64,000 nt of DNA from Tubiluchus corallicola (GCA_030141605.1 JAQGDQ010002410.1:1-64000), one strand, 5' to 3'. Shown: positions 41,729 to 53,624, counted from the first letter of the stretch. Numbers and translations: made by a program. Notes: generated by a model not told the origin, from the sequence alone.

Positions 41729-42586
41729 ATGAAGAAGAACAACCTGATACTAATCTTATTATTGGTAATACTATCTTGTTCTCAAAATAAAAAACCAATA
41801 AAAATAATGTCCTTCAATATAAGGTATAATAACCCCAATGACGGAATTAATATCTGGGAAAACCGCAAACAAATGGTTTTCAATGTTTTTACAGATAATG
41901 ATGTAGATATTGCAGGACTACAAGAAGTAACAAAAGAACAGCTAGACAATTTGAAAAACGCCCTACCCATCTACGATTATATTGGGGTGGGAAGGAACGA
42001 TGGGAAAGACAAAGGCGAATTTGCTCCTATATTTTATAAAAAAGACAAATACGAAGTTCTTGAAAATGCTACTTTCTGGCTCTCTACAACACCCGAAGAT
42101 ACAGCAAGTATTGGTTGGGATGCAGCCTTAACAAGAATATGCACTTGGGGGAAATTCAAAAATAAAATTACAGAAAAAGAATTTTACCATTTTAACACTC
42201 ACTTTGATCATATTGGAGATGTAGCAAGGATTGAAAGTAGTAAGCTAATATTAAAAAAAATTGATGAAATAGTAGATAAAAATACCCCCGTTTGTATTAC
42301 CGGAGATTTTAATTTCACAAAAGACCACATTGGCTACAAAACTATTGTAGCACAAACAAACACAAGTAAGACCTTTCAAGATGCTCGACAAATAGCAGAA
42401 ATGAAGCAACAAGCTGCCACACCTACATTTAACAACTTTGGAAAATCAACAACGGACAACTATACTATAGATTTTATATTTGTTCCCAAAACAACCAAAG
42501 TAGAAAAATACCAGATTGAAGCGATACAAAACAACGATATATACATATCAGACCACTACCCTGTTATTATATCTATCAAAGAATAA
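41729..42586 (+). CDS. Endonuclease/exonuclease/phosphatase family lipoprotein
   Basis: Lipobox ILSC; SFNIRY, GLQE, NTHFDH, GDFN, IDFIF, SDHYP. Confidence 0.9.
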   Translation: MKKNNLILILLLVILSCSQNKKPIKIMSFNIRYNNPNDGINIWENRKQMVFNVFTDNDVDIAGLQEVTKEQLDNLKNALPIYDYIGVGRNDGKDKGEFAPIFYKKDKYEVLENATFWLSTTPEDTASIGWDAALTRICTWGKFKNKITEKEFYHFNTHFDHIGDVARIESSKLILKKIDEIVDKNTPVCITGDFNFTKDHIGYKTIVAQTNTSKTFQDARQIAEMKQQAATPTFNNFGKSTTDNYTIDFIFVPKTTKVEKYQIEAIQNNDIYISDHYPVIISIKE

Positions 42587-42603
42587 TAAGCAATAATAGC
42601 ATA

Positions 42604-42667
42604 GGGAATGTACTAGGGATAGCACCAACATTGTACATTATTTTCTACCTATTGATAATTCATTGTC
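42604..42667 (-). mobile_element. IS1595-like MITE copy (64 bp)
   Basis: Reverse complement begins GACAATGAATTATCAATAGGTAGAAAATAAT; flanks ATAGCATA / ACAGTATA form a 6-of-8 matching duplication. Confidence 0.6.
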
Positions 42668-42746
42668 ACAGTATAAATACACCTTGCTTTTTAGTTAGCT
42701 TGATTTTCAATACCTTTGTATCTTTTTTACTCTAAAAATACAAAAT

Positions 42747-44327
42747 ATGAGATTTAGATTTGTAGATAAAAGACAAGGCAGTATTAAGGATGATGCACTC
42801 TCTGGACTTACAGTAGCTTTAGCACTTGTTCCAGAAGCAATAGCATTTAGCTTCATAGCTGGCATATCGCCTATCGTGGGACTGTACGGAGCTTTTATGA
42901 TGGGAATAATCACTTCTATATTCGGAGGAAGACCGGGGATGATTTCAGGAGCAACAGGTGCTATGGCAGTGGTAATGGTACACTTAGTAAAAGAAGCTAT
43001 AGAAATACATAATAATGAAGTGGCAGGCTTACAATATTTATTTGCAACTTTAATATTAGCAGGACTTATACAAACAGTGGCAGGTATTTTCAAACTGGGG
43101 AAATTCATCCGTATGGTACCTAACCCTGTGATGATGGGATTTGTCAATGGTTTAGCGATAGTAATATTTCTCTCTCAACTTAGTATGTTCAAAGAAAACG
43201 GGGAATGGCTGACTGGTTCTTCTTTGTTTACTATGTTGGGATTGGTAGGCTTAACTATGGCTATTATGCTTTTTTTACCAAAACTTACTAAAAAAGTGCC
43301 AGCAGCATTGGTAGCCATAGTATCAGTATCATTGCTCGTTATTTTTGGTAATATAGATACACAAACAGTGTTATCGTTTGTTAGTTCTAAAGGGGGAAAT
43401 GGCATTCAAGCAGGCTTGCCTACTTTTGCTATTCCAAATGTAGCGATAAACTGGAACTTTCTTAAATTTATTCTTCCTTATGCTTTTATCCTTGCAACCA
43501 TTGGACTAATAGAATCTTTAATGACACTCAACCTCATAGACGAACTTACAGAATCACGAGGTAGCGGAAATAAAGAATGTATTGCTCAAGGTTCTGCCAA
43601 TATTGTAAATGGCTTTTTTGGAGGTATGGGAGGCTGTGCAATGATAGGACAAAGTATCATCAATATCAAATCAGGAGGGCGAGGGAGGTTATCTGGAATT
43701 GTGGCTGCATCATCTTTGCTCTTATTTATCCTTTTTGGTGCTACCTATATAGAAAAAATTCCTATTGCAGCTTTGGTAGGGGTAATGTTTATGGTGGTTT
43801 TAGGAACATTTGCTTGGAGCACATTTAAGATACTTAACAAAGTTCCAATTGCTGATGTGGTAGTAGTGATTTTAGTAACGAGCTTGACTGTTGTTTTTGA
43901 TTTAGCAATAGCTGTTGTTGTAGGTGTAATAGCATCTGCATTAGTTTTTGCTTGGGAAAGTGCTTTGCGAATACGAGCAAGGAAACATATAGATGAAAAA
44001 GGCATTAAACATTATGAAATATATGGCCCTTTGTTCTTTGGTTCTGCTACACTTTTTATGTCGAAGTTCAACCCCAAAGAAGACCCTGATACAGTTGTTA
44101 TAGATTTTAAAGAATCAAGAATAATGGACCAATCTGCCATAGAAGCTATCAATAAAATAGCTGAAAAATACCACAAAGAAAAAAAGAATATTCACCTTAG
44201 ACATTTAAGTTCAGATTGTTTAAGCCTTATTAAAAAAGCAGAAAAAATTTGCGATGTGAATGTAGTAGAAGACCCAAACTATTATGTAGCTATTGACAAC
44301 TACAACGCTAAAAAATTAAAGCAATAG
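42747..44327 (+). CDS. SulP/SLC26 family anion permease with STAS domain
   Basis: GLTVALALVPEAIAF, GGRPGMISGATGA, GGCAMIGQS, GPLFFGS. Confidence 0.93.
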   Translation: MRFRFVDKRQGSIKDDALSGLTVALALVPEAIAFSFIAGISPIVGLYGAFMMGIITSIFGGRPGMISGATGAMAVVMVHLVKEAIEIHNNEVAGLQYLFATLILAGLIQTVAGIFKLGKFIRMVPNPVMMGFVNGLAIVIFLSQLSMFKENGEWLTGSSLFTMLGLVGLTMAIMLFLPKLTKKVPAALVAIVSVSLLVIFGNIDTQTVLSFVSSKGGNGIQAGLPTFAIPNVAINWNFLKFILPYAFILATIGLIESLMTLNLIDELTESRGSGNKECIAQGSANIVNGFFGGMGGCAMIGQSIINIKSGGRGRLSGIVAASSLLLFILFGATYIEKIPIAALVGVMFMVVLGTFAWSTFKILNKVPIADVVVVILVTSLTVVFDLAIAVVVGVIASALVFAWESALRIRARKHIDEKGIKHYEIYGPLFFGSATLFMSKFNPKEDPDTVVIDFKESRIMDQSAIEAINKIAEKYHKEKKNIHLRHLSSDCLSLIKKAEKICDVNVVEDPNYYVAIDNYNAKKLKQ

Positions 44328-44415
44328 AAAACCCCTAAACTATGAAGATGGAAATGTATATCGCCCCACCCTATCCCCTATTAACAAAGTGAGAGCCGTT
44401 TTAATGGCTTGATTT

Positions 44416-44518
44416 GGCAATGTATTATCAATAGGCAGAAAACAACATACAATATTAGTGCAAAAGATACCTACTTTTGCAGCTATGATATACTGCGTAC
44501 TCTCATTAGCACATTACC
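44416..44518 (+). mobile_element. IS1595-like MITE copy (103 bp)
   Basis: GGCAATGTATTATCAATAGGCAGAAAAC ... TAGCACATTACC terminal inverted repeats. Confidence 0.6.
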
Positions 44519-44660
44519 GAAAATTCATAGTGTGAACATTTCAAACTGTTAAAACAGTTTCTACTTTTAATATTTCAACTTGCAATAAACATAATGAAAT
44601 ATTACCCAGCCGAAGACACACTGCAAATTTCACTATCTTTGTACTTTATAATACAAAGGA

Positions 44661-47600
44661 ATGAACAACACATTATACGACATATTACAACGAAAGATTC
44701 TTTTGTTAGATGGAGCTATGGGAACTATGATACAAGCCCATCAACTCACCGAAGAAGATTATCGTGGCGAAAGGTTTAAGAGTAGTTCTTATAACCAAAA
44801 AGGGAATAACGACCTGCTTTCTCTTACGCAACCACACATTATACAGCAAATACATAAGCAGTATCTTGAGGCAGGGGCAGATATTATACTGGCGAATACC
44901 TTCAATGCCAATTCTGTGTCAATGGAAGATTATGGGCTGCAAGACCTTGTTTATGAGCTTAACAAAAAGTCTGCTAGTATTGCTAAGGAGGTGGCAGAAC
45001 AATTTACAAAGCAACACCCTGATAAGCCTCGTTTTGTGGCAGGTACAATGGGACCTACCAATAAAATGACTTCTATGTCGCCTAATGTGGAAAATCCCGC
45101 TCATCGTAACATTACTTTTGACCAACTGGTAACCGCATACACCACACAAATAGAGGGACTCATAGATGGTGGAGTAGACTTGTTGTTGTTTGAAACTGTC
45201 ATAGACACCCTTAATACCAAAGCAGGCATCATAGCAATGAAAAGAGCTTTTGAAAAGACAGGTAGGCAACTGCCTGTAATGATTTCTGCTACTATTACCG
45301 ATAAAAGTGGTCGCACATTGTCGGGGCAAACCATAGAAGCCTTTTTTACCTCCATTGCTCACGCACAGCCTATTAGTGTAGGCTTGAACTGTTCCTTTGG
45401 GGCAAAAGACCTTATTCCTATATTACAACAATTAGAAAAAAACTGCCCTTTTTACATCAGTTTGCACCCCAATGCAGGCTTGCCTAATCAGTTTGGTGAG
45501 TACGAGGAAACACCACAAACAATGGTAGAGCAACTGCAAGCCCTAGTAGAAAACCGAAAAATTAACATATTAGGAGGGTGCTGTGGCACTACACCAGAAC
45601 ATATTAAGGCACTTGCTCAATTAACAAAAAATAAACCTCCAAGAACACTGCCACAAGTAAAAAACGAAACACAAGTTAGCGGATTGGAAGCTCTTACCAT
45701 TGACGAGCGAACTAACTTTATCAACATAGGAGAACGCACCAACGTAGCAGGCTCGCGCAGGTTTGCCCGCCTTATTCGTGAAAAAAAGTACGAAAAAGCA
45801 CTTTCCATTGCTCGCAATCAGGTGGAGAATGGAGCAAACATTATAGACATTAATTTTGACGATGCTATGCTGGATGCCCAACAAGAGATGGATACATTTC
45901 TGAAACTCCTTGTTTCTGAACCCGAAATAGCACGAGTGCCTATAATGATAGATTCATCCAAATGGGAAGTAATAGAACAAGGCTTAAAATGTGTGCAAGG
46001 AAAATGTATTGTCAATTCCATTAGCCTCAAAGAAGGAGAAGAAACCCTCAAAAGACAAGCACAAAAGATAAAAAACTACGGGGCAGCAGTTGTCGTAATG
46101 GCTTTTGACGAAAAAGGACAAGCCGACACCTATCAGCGAAAAATAGAAGTGTGTCAAAGAGCTTATAATATACTCGTAAAAGAAGTAAATTTCACTCCAC
46201 AAGATATAATATTTGACCCCAATATACTTACCATTGCCACAGGAATACAAGAGCATAACAATTTTGCAGTAGATTTTATTGAAGCTACCCAATGGATAAA
46301 GAAAAACCTACCTTATGTTAAAGTGAGCGGCGGGGTGAGCAACCTATCTTTTTCTTTCAGGGGAAATAATGTTGTAAGAGAAGCCATACATTCGGTGTTT
46401 TTGTATCACGCTATACAAGGGGGTATGGATATGGGCATTGTTAATCCTGCTATGTTGCAAATATATGACGATATACCTAAAAACCTCTTGAAATTGGTAG
46501 AAAATGTTGTTCTCAACAAAAAAGAAGAAGCCACCGAAGAACTTATTGCTTTTGCAGAAAATATTAAACAGTCTCTAACGACAAAGAACAGTGCTGCAAA
46601 CGAGTGGAGAAAACAACCCGTAGATAAGCGATTGGAATATGCTCTGCTAAGAGGTAATATAGACCATCTGGAAACGGATGTAGAAGAAGCAAGACAAAAT
46701 TATTCCAAAGCACTAGAAGTGGTAGAAGGACCCCTAATGGGTGGTATGAATATAGTAGGCACATTGTTTGGAGAGGGAAAAATGTTTTTGCCACAAGTGG
46801 TAAAAAGTGCCAGAGTAATGAAAAAAGCTATTGCCTTCCTACTGCCTTATATAGAGGCAGAAAAAAGCAACTTGAAAGACAAAAAAACAACAGGCAAGGT
46901 ACTTATAGCTACTGTAAAAGGAGACGTTCATGATATAGGGAAAAACATAGTAAGCGTAGTGTTGGAGTGCAACAATTTTGAGGTTATAGACCTTGGTATA
47001 ATGATGCCAATGGAAAAAATATTGGAAACAGCCGTAAACGAAAAAGTGGATGCTATAGCTTTAAGCGGATTGATTACTCCATCGTTGGATGAAATGGTGA
47101 ATGTAGCCACAGAAATGACCCAAAGAGGTTTTAAAATTCCTCTTCTTATAGGTGGAGCTACTACTTCAAAAATACATACAGCAGTGAAGATAGAGCCACA
47201 CTACCCACACAAAACGGTATACGTAAAAGATGCTTCTGAAAGTGTGCCAATAATGAATGGTATTATATCGGAAAGGCAAGAAGAAACATTACAACGCATA
47301 GCAAGAGAATATGAAAAAATAAGGGAAAATTATAGTAATAAAAAAGAAAAAGAATACATCAGCTTAAAACAAGCCAGAGACAACAAGTTAAAAATAAATT
47401 GGGAAGATACTCCTATATACAAGCCTAATTTTTTGGGAATAAAAACTTTTGAAAACTACCCAATAGAAGAAATAAAAAGTTACATAGATTGGTCGTTCTT
47501 TTTCAAGGCGTGGGAACTAAAAGGCAAATATCCTGATATACTTAAAAGTCCAAAAAACAAAGGGCAAGCACAAAAATTATACAACGATGCCCAAGCAATG

Positions 47601-48323
47601 ATGGAAAAGATAATAAGCCATAAATGGATTGAAGCTAGAGCAGTGTTTGGATTGTTTCGTGCTAATAGTGTGGGCGATGATATAGAGTTACATACAGATG
47701 AAAATAAAAAGGATGCAACAACTAAGTTTTATTTTCTACGACAACAAACTAAAAAGAAATTGCCTAATTTTTGCTTAGCAGATTTTGTGGCAAGCAAAAA
47801 AAGCAAAAAAGAGGATTATATTGGGGCGTTTGTAGTTACTACTGGAATAGGTGTAGATAAGATAACAAAGGCTTTTGAGCAGGATAATGACGATTATAAC
47901 TCAATAATGATAAAAGTACTTGCTGATAGGTTAGCAGAAGCCTTTGCAGAACTACTACATTATAGAGTAAGGAAAGAATTTTGGGCTTATGCTCCAAGTG
48001 AAAACTTGATAAACGAAGAACTTATAAAAGGAAATTTTCAAGGTATACGTCCTGCAATGGGATACCCTGCCTGCCCTGAGCATTCGGAAAAGGAAATACT
48101 ATTTAAACTATTAAATGCAAATAAGATAGGAGTAAGCCTCACTGAGAACTACTCTATGCAGCCCAATGCTACTTTGGCGGGCTTGTATTTTGCACATCCA
48201 GAAGCACAATATTTTGGGGTAGGAAAAATAGACAAAGAACAAGTGGAAGATTATGCCAAAAGAAAAGATACACAGGTAGCAGAAGCAGAGAAATGGCTGA
48301 ATAAGAATTTGCAGTATAAGTAA
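44661..48323 (+). CDS. metH: Cobalamin-dependent methionine synthase
   Basis: [30 protein letters not shown] (B12-binding DxHxxG), reactivation domain [10 protein letters not shown]. Confidence 0.97.
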   Translation: MNNTLYDILQRKILLLDGAMGTMIQAHQLTEEDYRGERFKSSSYNQKGNNDLLSLTQPHIIQQIHKQYLEAGADIILANTFNANSVSMEDYGLQDLVYELNKKSASIAKEVAEQFTKQHPDKPRFVAGTMGPTNKMTSMSPNVENPAHRNITFDQLVTAYTTQIEGLIDGGVDLLLFETVIDTLNTKAGIIAMKRAFEKTGRQLPVMISATITDKSGRTLSGQTIEAFFTSIAHAQPISVGLNCSFGAKDLIPILQQLEKNCPFYISLHPNAGLPNQFGEYEETPQTMVEQLQALVENRKINILGGCCGTTPEHIKALAQLTKNKPPRTLPQVKNETQVSGLEALTIDERTNFINIGERTNVAGSRRFARLIREKKYEKALSIARNQVENGANIIDINFDDAMLDAQQEMDTFLKLLVSEPEIARVPIMIDSSKWEVIEQGLKCVQGKCIVNSISLKEGEETLKRQAQKIKNYGAAVVVMAFDEKGQADTYQRKIEVCQRAYNILVKEVNFTPQDIIFDPNILTIATGIQEHNNFAVDFIEATQWIKKNLPYVKVSGGVSNLSFSFRGNNVVREAIHSVFLYHAIQGGMDMGIVNPAMLQIYDDIPKNLLKLVENVVLNKKEEATEELIAFAENIKQSLTTKNSAANEWRKQPVDKRLEYALLRGNIDHLETDVEEARQNYSKALEVVEGPLMGGMNIVGTLFGEGKMFLPQVVKSARVMKKAIAFLLPYIEAEKSNLKDKKTTGKVLIATVKGDVHDIGKNIVSVVLECNNFEVIDLGIMMPMEKILETAVNEKVDAIALSGLITPSLDEMVNVATEMTQRGFKIPLLIGGATTSKIHTAVKIEPHYPHKTVYVKDASESVPIMNGIISERQEETLQRIAREYEKIRENYSNKKEKEYISLKQARDNKLKINWEDTPIYKPNFLGIKTFENYPIEEIKSYIDWSFFFKAWELKGKYPDILKSPKNKGQAQKLYNDAQAMMEKIISHKWIEARAVFGLFRANSVGDDIELHTDENKKDATTKFYFLRQQTKKKLPNFCLADFVASKKSKKEDYIGAFVVTTGIGVDKITKAFEQDNDDYNSIMIKVLADRLAEAFAELLHYRVRKEFWAYAPSENLINEELIKGNFQGIRPAMGYPACPEHSEKEILFKLLNANKIGVSLTENYSMQPNATLAGLYFAHPEAQYFGVGKIDKEQVEDYAKRKDTQVAEAEKWLNKNLQYK

Positions 48324-48345
48324 AGAAATTTATTTTTTTCTTTTA

Positions 48346-48381
48346 GATAATGCGTTATCAATTGGCAGAAAACAATATGTA
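48346..48381 (+). repeat. Solo end of the IS1595-like MITE family
   Basis: GATAATGCGTTATCAATTGGCAGAAAACAATAT aligns to the long end of the 44416 and 60308 copies. Confidence 0.55.
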
Positions 48382-48391
48382 TTACAAAAAT

Positions 48392-48421
48392 TAAGGGTGG
48401 AACTTATAAGTTCCACCCTTA
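48392..48421. terminator. Bidirectional terminator between metH and the CoA-transferase gene
   Basis: 30-bp perfect palindrome TAAGGGTGGAACTTATAAGTTCCACCCTTA between convergent genes. Confidence 0.75.
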
Positions 48422-48458
48422 TGACAATCTACTTTTCAACTATCTTATTCTGCCGTAT

Positions 48459-49766
48459 TTACTTTCTCACAAAATGAAAATGGCTTCCAAATCTTTCAAA
48501 TGCAGTCTTATCAAGTGCTTCTCTATGGTCAGGATGAGCTATAGATATAATTGCTTTTGCTCTTTTTTGTAAGGTTTTTCCATATAAATCAACAGCACCA
48601 TATTCTGTTACCAACCAGTGCATACTACTACGGGTAGTAACTACACCACTACCTTCCATCAAAGCAGAAGCTATTTTAGATACTCCTTTGCTTGTAACTG
48701 ATGGCATTGCAATAATAGGTTTTCCACCTTCTGATTGAGCAGCACCTCTCATAAAGTCAACCTGTCCACCCACACCAGAATAAAACACCTTACCAATAGA
48801 ATCAGCACATACTTGTCCTGTTAAATCCACAGACAAAGCGGAATTGATAGCAATAGTTTTAGGGTTCTTTCTTATAACTGAAATACCATTAGTATGAGCA
48901 ACATCCATCATATATACCATTGGGTTGTCATCTATAAAATCATATAGCTTTTGGGCCCCCATTAAAAAAGATGCAACTATTTTTCCAGGGTAAGTATTCT
49001 TATATTTTCCTGTAACAACGCCTTTTTCAACAAGAGGTAACAGCCCATCTGCAAACATTTCTGTATGCACGCCTAAATCTTTATGATTATGCAATTGTGC
49101 TAATACTGCATTTGGAATACCACCTATTCCCATTTGCAAGCACGCTCCATCAGGTACCAATTCGGCTACATTCTTACCAATGGCTATGTCAGTTTCAGAA
49201 AGCTGCCCCGAGTCATGAATAATAAGAGGAGAATCGTTTTCTACCGCATAGTCAAAGTCATTTAATAAAGTTTGTGCATCTCCCCAAGCTCTTGGAACAT
49301 TTTTATTTACTATTGCAATAGTAGTATCTGCACATTGAATAGCTGCCCTAGAAGCCTCTACAGATGTACCCAAAGATACAAACCCATGTTTGTCTGGCAA
49401 AGACACCTGTACTACCGCAACATTAACATGCAAAACATTAGTACGTATCAATTTTTGAGTTTCATTCAAATACACAGGAATATAATCAGCATATCCTTGT
49501 TGTGTAGCCTTTCTTACATTAGCCCCTACAAAAAATGATTCTAATTTGAAAACACCTTCAAACTCTGGCTTTACGTAATCCACTTCACCCTCTGTGTGAA
49601 TGTGTTGAATGGCAATATCTTCTATTTCGCCTCTTCGTCCTCGTTCGCACATTGCCTTAATAAAAAAATGAGGAGTTACAGCTACTGAGTGCAAATGAAC
49701 TCTATCGCCTGATTTTACAACACCAGCTGCTTCTTCTATAGAAACATACTTTACATTATTTTTCAT
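48459..49766 (-). CDS. Acetyl-CoA hydrolase/transferase family (4-hydroxybutyrate CoA-transferase-like)
   Basis: LQMGIGGIP, LGVHTEM, SGVGGQVDF.RGA, VTEYG. Confidence 0.92.
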   Translation of the reverse strand: MKNNVKYVSIEEAAGVVKSGDRVHLHSVAVTPHFFIKAMCERGRRGEIEDIAIQHIHTEGEVDYVKPEFEGVFKLESFFVGANVRKATQQGYADYIPVYLNETQKLIRTNVLHVNVAVVQVSLPDKHGFVSLGTSVEASRAAIQCADTTIAIVNKNVPRAWGDAQTLLNDFDYAVENDSPLIIHDSGQLSETDIAIGKNVAELVPDGACLQMGIGGIPNAVLAQLHNHKDLGVHTEMFADGLLPLVEKGVVTGKYKNTYPGKIVASFLMGAQKLYDFIDDNPMVYMMDVAHTNGISVIRKNPKTIAINSALSVDLTGQVCADSIGKVFYSGVGGQVDFMRGAAQSEGGKPIIAMPSVTSKGVSKIASALMEGSGVVTTRSSMHWLVTEYGAVDLYGKTLQKRAKAIISIAHPDHREALDKTAFERFGSHFHFVRK

Positions 49767-49922
49767 TGATAGCTTTAAAAATATTTAAAAATTAATAACT
49801 TAACACTTTTAAGAAACGATTTTTGCAAAAGTACTACTTTTTCACATTATTTCAAATAGAAATTGTCGTATTAATTTTATATTTTAATAAATATATCTTT
49901 CTTTTGTCATATTTTTGTTAAA

Positions 49923-50465
49923 ATGGTTATGAAATTTCAAAAAGGAGACAAAGTTGAGTTCTTAGATAAAAAGGGTAAAGGCATTATAGTAAGTATTATT
50001 GATAAAAAAACTGTAATAGTACTAACAGAAAATAAATTCAAAGTTCCTGTATTAGCGAATGAATTAATAAAAATAAACGAAAATACATCTTCATTAAAAG
50101 ATATAAAAGTACCTACTATAAATAAAAACCAATCACTGCCTCCCCAACCTATTAAAAAACCTTCCTCTACAAAAAAGAAGAAAGAAATACAAGAAATAGA
50201 CCTCCACATAGATATGTTAACAAGAAATAGGAAAGGACTAAATAATAGTGATATGATAAGTATTCAATTACAAAAAGTAATAGATACCCTAAATGAAAAT
50301 TTAGACAAAAAAGGCAAAGAAATAATTTTCATACACGGTGTAGGAGCAGGTGTACTAAAACAAGAAATCATCCAAATATTAGACACACAATATCCCAATA
50401 TTTATTATCAGGATGCCTCATTTAGCAAGTATGGTTTTGGTGCTACTAAGATAACAATAAGGTAA
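49923..50465 (+). CDS. Smr/MutS2 domain protein
   Basis: EIDLH, IFIHGVGAGVLK, YGFGAT. Confidence 0.85.
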   Translation: MVMKFQKGDKVEFLDKKGKGIIVSIIDKKTVIVLTENKFKVPVLANELIKINENTSSLKDIKVPTINKNQSLPPQPIKKPSSTKKKKEIQEIDLHIDMLTRNRKGLNNSDMISIQLQKVIDTLNENLDKKGKEIIFIHGVGAGVLKQEIIQILDTQYPNIYYQDASFSKYGFGATKITIR

Positions 50466-50533
50466 ACGAATACTTATGATTATAAAAATGGAAGTATTGC
50501 AACTTCCTCTTATGATATTTAGTATTTATAAAG

Positions 50534-51742
50534 ATGAAAATAGAAAATATAAAAATAGAAAATTACACCTATAACCTACCTGACAAAAGAATAGCCAAAT
50601 ACCCTTTGCAAAAACGACACCAATCTAAGTTATTAATATACAAAGATGCCACTATCAAAGAGAATGCGTTTAACACTCTACCCAAATATTTGTCTGATAA
50701 GCATTTGCTTGTTTTTAACAATAGCAAAGTAATACAGGCAAGGCTTGTCTTCAAAAAAGATACAGGAGCAAATATTGAGGTTTTTTGCCTTGAACCTATT
50801 ACTCCGCCTAACTATGAACAAATATTTCAATCAAAAAACACTTGTGTGTGGCGATGTACCGTAGGTAATCTGAAAAAATGGAAGGGAAACGTACTGTCAA
50901 AAGAATTTACTTACAACAGCCAAAAACATACCTTGTGTGCTACATTACTAAAAAAGGAAAGCGATGACATTTGGGTACAGTTTGAGTGGTGTGGGGAAAT
51001 AACTTTTGCAGATATACTAAAAACATTGGGAGCTATGCCTATCCCCCCCTATTTAAATAGAGCTTCGGAAAACATAGACAAAGAAAGATACCAAACCGTT
51101 TATTCCAAAGTAAAAGGCTCAGTAGCAGCTCCCACTGCAGGCTTGCACTTTTCCAGTGAGGTATTAGAACAACTGAAAAAAAAAGGAATAAAAATGACAG
51201 AAGTAAGCCTACACGTAGGTGCAGGAACTTTTAAACCTGTGTCGGAGACCTACATAAGTAACCACAAAATGCATACTGAGCAGGTAAGTGTGAGCACAAG
51301 TGCTTTGAGACAAATAATAATTAACCTGAATAATATAGTGGCAGTAGGAACTACTTCTATACGAACAATTGAAAGCCTTTATTGGCTAGGGCTAAAAGTA
51401 TTACAAGGCGAGAACAACCTTAATCTCGGACAATGGGAAGCTTATAACTTAAATAGTAGTATAACAGCTCAACAATCGTTGAAGGCACTACTTAATTACA
51501 TGAAGCACAAAGACATAGAACAACTTAATTTTCATACTAAATTGATGATAGTACCTACTTACAATTTTAAGATAGTATCAGGACTTATCACTAATTTTCA
51601 CCAACCCCAAAGCACTCTGTTGTTACTTATTGCTACTTTTGTAGGCAGTGCCTGGCAAAAAATCTACAACTATGCACTGAAAAACAATTTTCGCTTTTTA
51701 AGCTATGGAGATAGTTCATTGTTGTGGAAAAAGCAGATGTGA
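50534..51742 (+). CDS. queA: S-adenosylmethionine:tRNA ribosyltransferase-isomerase
   Basis: PIPPYL.R, RYQTVY, GSVAAPTAGLHF, TNFHQP.STL, FLSYGD. Confidence 0.96.
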   Translation: MKIENIKIENYTYNLPDKRIAKYPLQKRHQSKLLIYKDATIKENAFNTLPKYLSDKHLLVFNNSKVIQARLVFKKDTGANIEVFCLEPITPPNYEQIFQSKNTCVWRCTVGNLKKWKGNVLSKEFTYNSQKHTLCATLLKKESDDIWVQFEWCGEITFADILKTLGAMPIPPYLNRASENIDKERYQTVYSKVKGSVAAPTAGLHFSSEVLEQLKKKGIKMTEVSLHVGAGTFKPVSETYISNHKMHTEQVSVSTSALRQIIINLNNIVAVGTTSIRTIESLYWLGLKVLQGENNLNLGQWEAYNLNSSITAQQSLKALLNYMKHKDIEQLNFHTKLMIVPTYNFKIVSGLITNFHQPQSTLLLLIATFVGSAWQKIYNYALKNNFRFLSYGDSSLLWKKQM

Positions 51743-51810
51743 TTTTATAATTTTTAGTAATTACAATATAATAAAAGCATATTTCGTTTTTATAGGAGAA
51801 AAAATAATAA

Positions 51811-53052
51811 ATGAAGGTTGTTAAAATTATAATTATACTATCTAGTTTTATTTCAATAATTGGGTCTGCTCAATTAGCTACGGATACTACTATCTATTTG
51901 GGAAACGATACAACCTTCCTAGATACAAGTTTTGTAGACAGTATGTCTGTAAATCAAGATACATTATTCGTAGAACAAGATACATTGTTTGTAAGGCCAG
52001 ACACATTGTTCGTTGGAGATACCTCCTCTTTAATGATGGAAGATTTGCAACTTTTTTCTGAAATTCAAAAAATTCAAGAAAGAAAGGCTCTTAAATCAAT
52101 AAAGGCTAAAAATATTAGCAGTAAAAATATTTTAAGAATAACACCACCAACGAATAATCAAATATCTTTGGATATAGATTCTTCTTTTAGACAAAATATT
52201 GGCATATGGATTTTTAGCACGAAAAATGCACTGATGCTTTCTCAGACTTCTTTCACAGACTGGGCAGCAGGAGGAGATGATTTATTAGCTTTTAACACAG
52301 AATCCGTTACCCAGTTGAATTACTTAAAAAGCATATTTGTATGGAACAATGAAATGATTTTAAACTACGGGGGGCAGTTCGTAGATGAGAAAGATGCTAA
52401 AAAGGTATTCACAAAATCAAGCGATAGGCTTTTTATCAGTTCTTCGGTATATCGCAAATTTGATGTAAAATGGTCTTTGACAGGTGTTTTCAATATAGAC
52501 ACACAGTTCACCAATGGTTATGACAATAGCGATAGAGAAAAGCTCATTTCTACTTTTATGGCTCCGGGCTATGTAACTATAGGTCTGGGTCTCACTTATG
52601 CTAGAAAAGAAAAAAAACTTTCAGTAGAGTTAGCACCTGTTTCAAGTAAAACAACCTTTGTTCTCAACCAAGAATTAGCCAATCAAGGAGCTTTTGGTGT
52701 AGAAGGGGCTGTAATAGATGAAGAAACGGGAGCAATTATTAAAGAAGGAAGAAGATCAAGAAGCGAATCAGGTGTTTTTACCAAAATAACTAAAGAAGGA
52801 AATATCAACAACATGTTTAACTATTCATCTATTCTCACCCTGTTCTCTGCCTATAAACATATATTTAAAACAGACGTTAGGTGGGAATTTAAGGTAGAGT
52901 CAAAAATAAGCAAATATTTTTCTGTTCTTTTTGATTTGGTGCTTATTTATGACGATGATATAAAAATGACGGATAATGATGGAAATGAACGGGGACCTAG
53001 CCTTCAAGTGAAACAGTATTTTGGAGTAGGTCTTTCTTATGCATTTCCATAA
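51811..53052 (+). CDS. DUF3078-family outer membrane protein with N-terminal D-T-x repeats
   Basis: SQTSF.DWAAGG, TQFTNGY, FMAPGY, SLQVKQYFGVGLSY.F; signal peptide. Confidence 0.8.
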   Translation: MKVVKIIIILSSFISIIGSAQLATDTTIYLGNDTTFLDTSFVDSMSVNQDTLFVEQDTLFVRPDTLFVGDTSSLMMEDLQLFSEIQKIQERKALKSIKAKNISSKNILRITPPTNNQISLDIDSSFRQNIGIWIFSTKNALMLSQTSFTDWAAGGDDLLAFNTESVTQLNYLKSIFVWNNEMILNYGGQFVDEKDAKKVFTKSSDRLFISSSVYRKFDVKWSLTGVFNIDTQFTNGYDNSDREKLISTFMAPGYVTIGLGLTYARKEKKLSVELAPVSSKTTFVLNQELANQGAFGVEGAVIDEETGAIIKEGRRSRSESGVFTKITKEGNINNMFNYSSILTLFSAYKHIFKTDVRWEFKVESKISKYFSVLFDLVLIYDDDIKMTDNDGNERGPSLQVKQYFGVGLSYAFP

Positions 53053-53122
53053 TATGCAGTATAAATAAATCTAATACCTAAAAACAAAGAATTTATCTGT
53101 TCTGAGTCCTGCAGATATGAGC

Positions 53123-53155
53123 ATAAAGGCAAGGCAATTTTTGCCTTGCCTTTAT
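53123..53155. terminator. Bidirectional terminator between DUF3078 gene and hsp20
   Basis: ATAAAGGCAAGGCAA-TTT-TTGCCTTGCCTTTAT. Confidence 0.8.
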
Positions 53156-53174
53156 ATAAGAAGGTTTAATTATC

Positions 53175-53624
53175 TTAATCAATCTTTATTTCCCTTGAAG
53201 GCAGTGTTTTAGTCTCTTTTCTTTTAGGAAGATCAACCGTCAAAATACCTTTGTCATATTTTGCTTTTATTTCTTCAGCTTTCACTTCTTCATTAGGGAG
53301 GTAAAAACTCCTAGAAAAAGATTGATAATTAAACTCTCTTCTTTTATAATTGCCTTCTTCGTCCTTTTCTTCTTTTGTTTCCTCTTTTTTTGAACATATG
53401 GTTAAATAATCATTTTCATAGTTGATTTTCACATCTTCTTTTTTCAAACCGGGCACTGCCAACTCTGTACTGTATTTATCGTCTGTTTCTTTTACATTTA
53501 CAGCAGGTATGTTAGAACTGCTCATCGTTTCAGGAAAATTTAACCAACTATCGTTAAAAAAATTCTCAAAAAGACGATTTAAAGGTAAATTACTTCTCTT
53601 GTTGTATTTGGATAATAAGGTCAT
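53175..53624 (-). CDS. Hsp20/alpha-crystallin small heat shock protein
   Basis: PAVNVKE, PGLKKED, RREF.Y.SFSRSF.LP, A.Y..GIL.V.LPK. Confidence 0.95.
   Translation of the reverse strand: MTLLSKYNKRSNLPLNRLFENFFNDSWLNFPETMSSSNIPAVNVKETDDKYSTELAVPGLKKEDVKINYENDYLTICSKKEETKEEKDEEGNYKRREFNYQSFSRSFYLPNEEVKAEEIKAKYDKGILTVDLPKRKETKTLPSREIKID

Noticed and set aside
44330-44660. SAM or cobalamin riboswitch upstream of metH
   Set aside because: No recognisable SAM-I or B12-box consensus; the conserved-looking sequence is a MITE copy.
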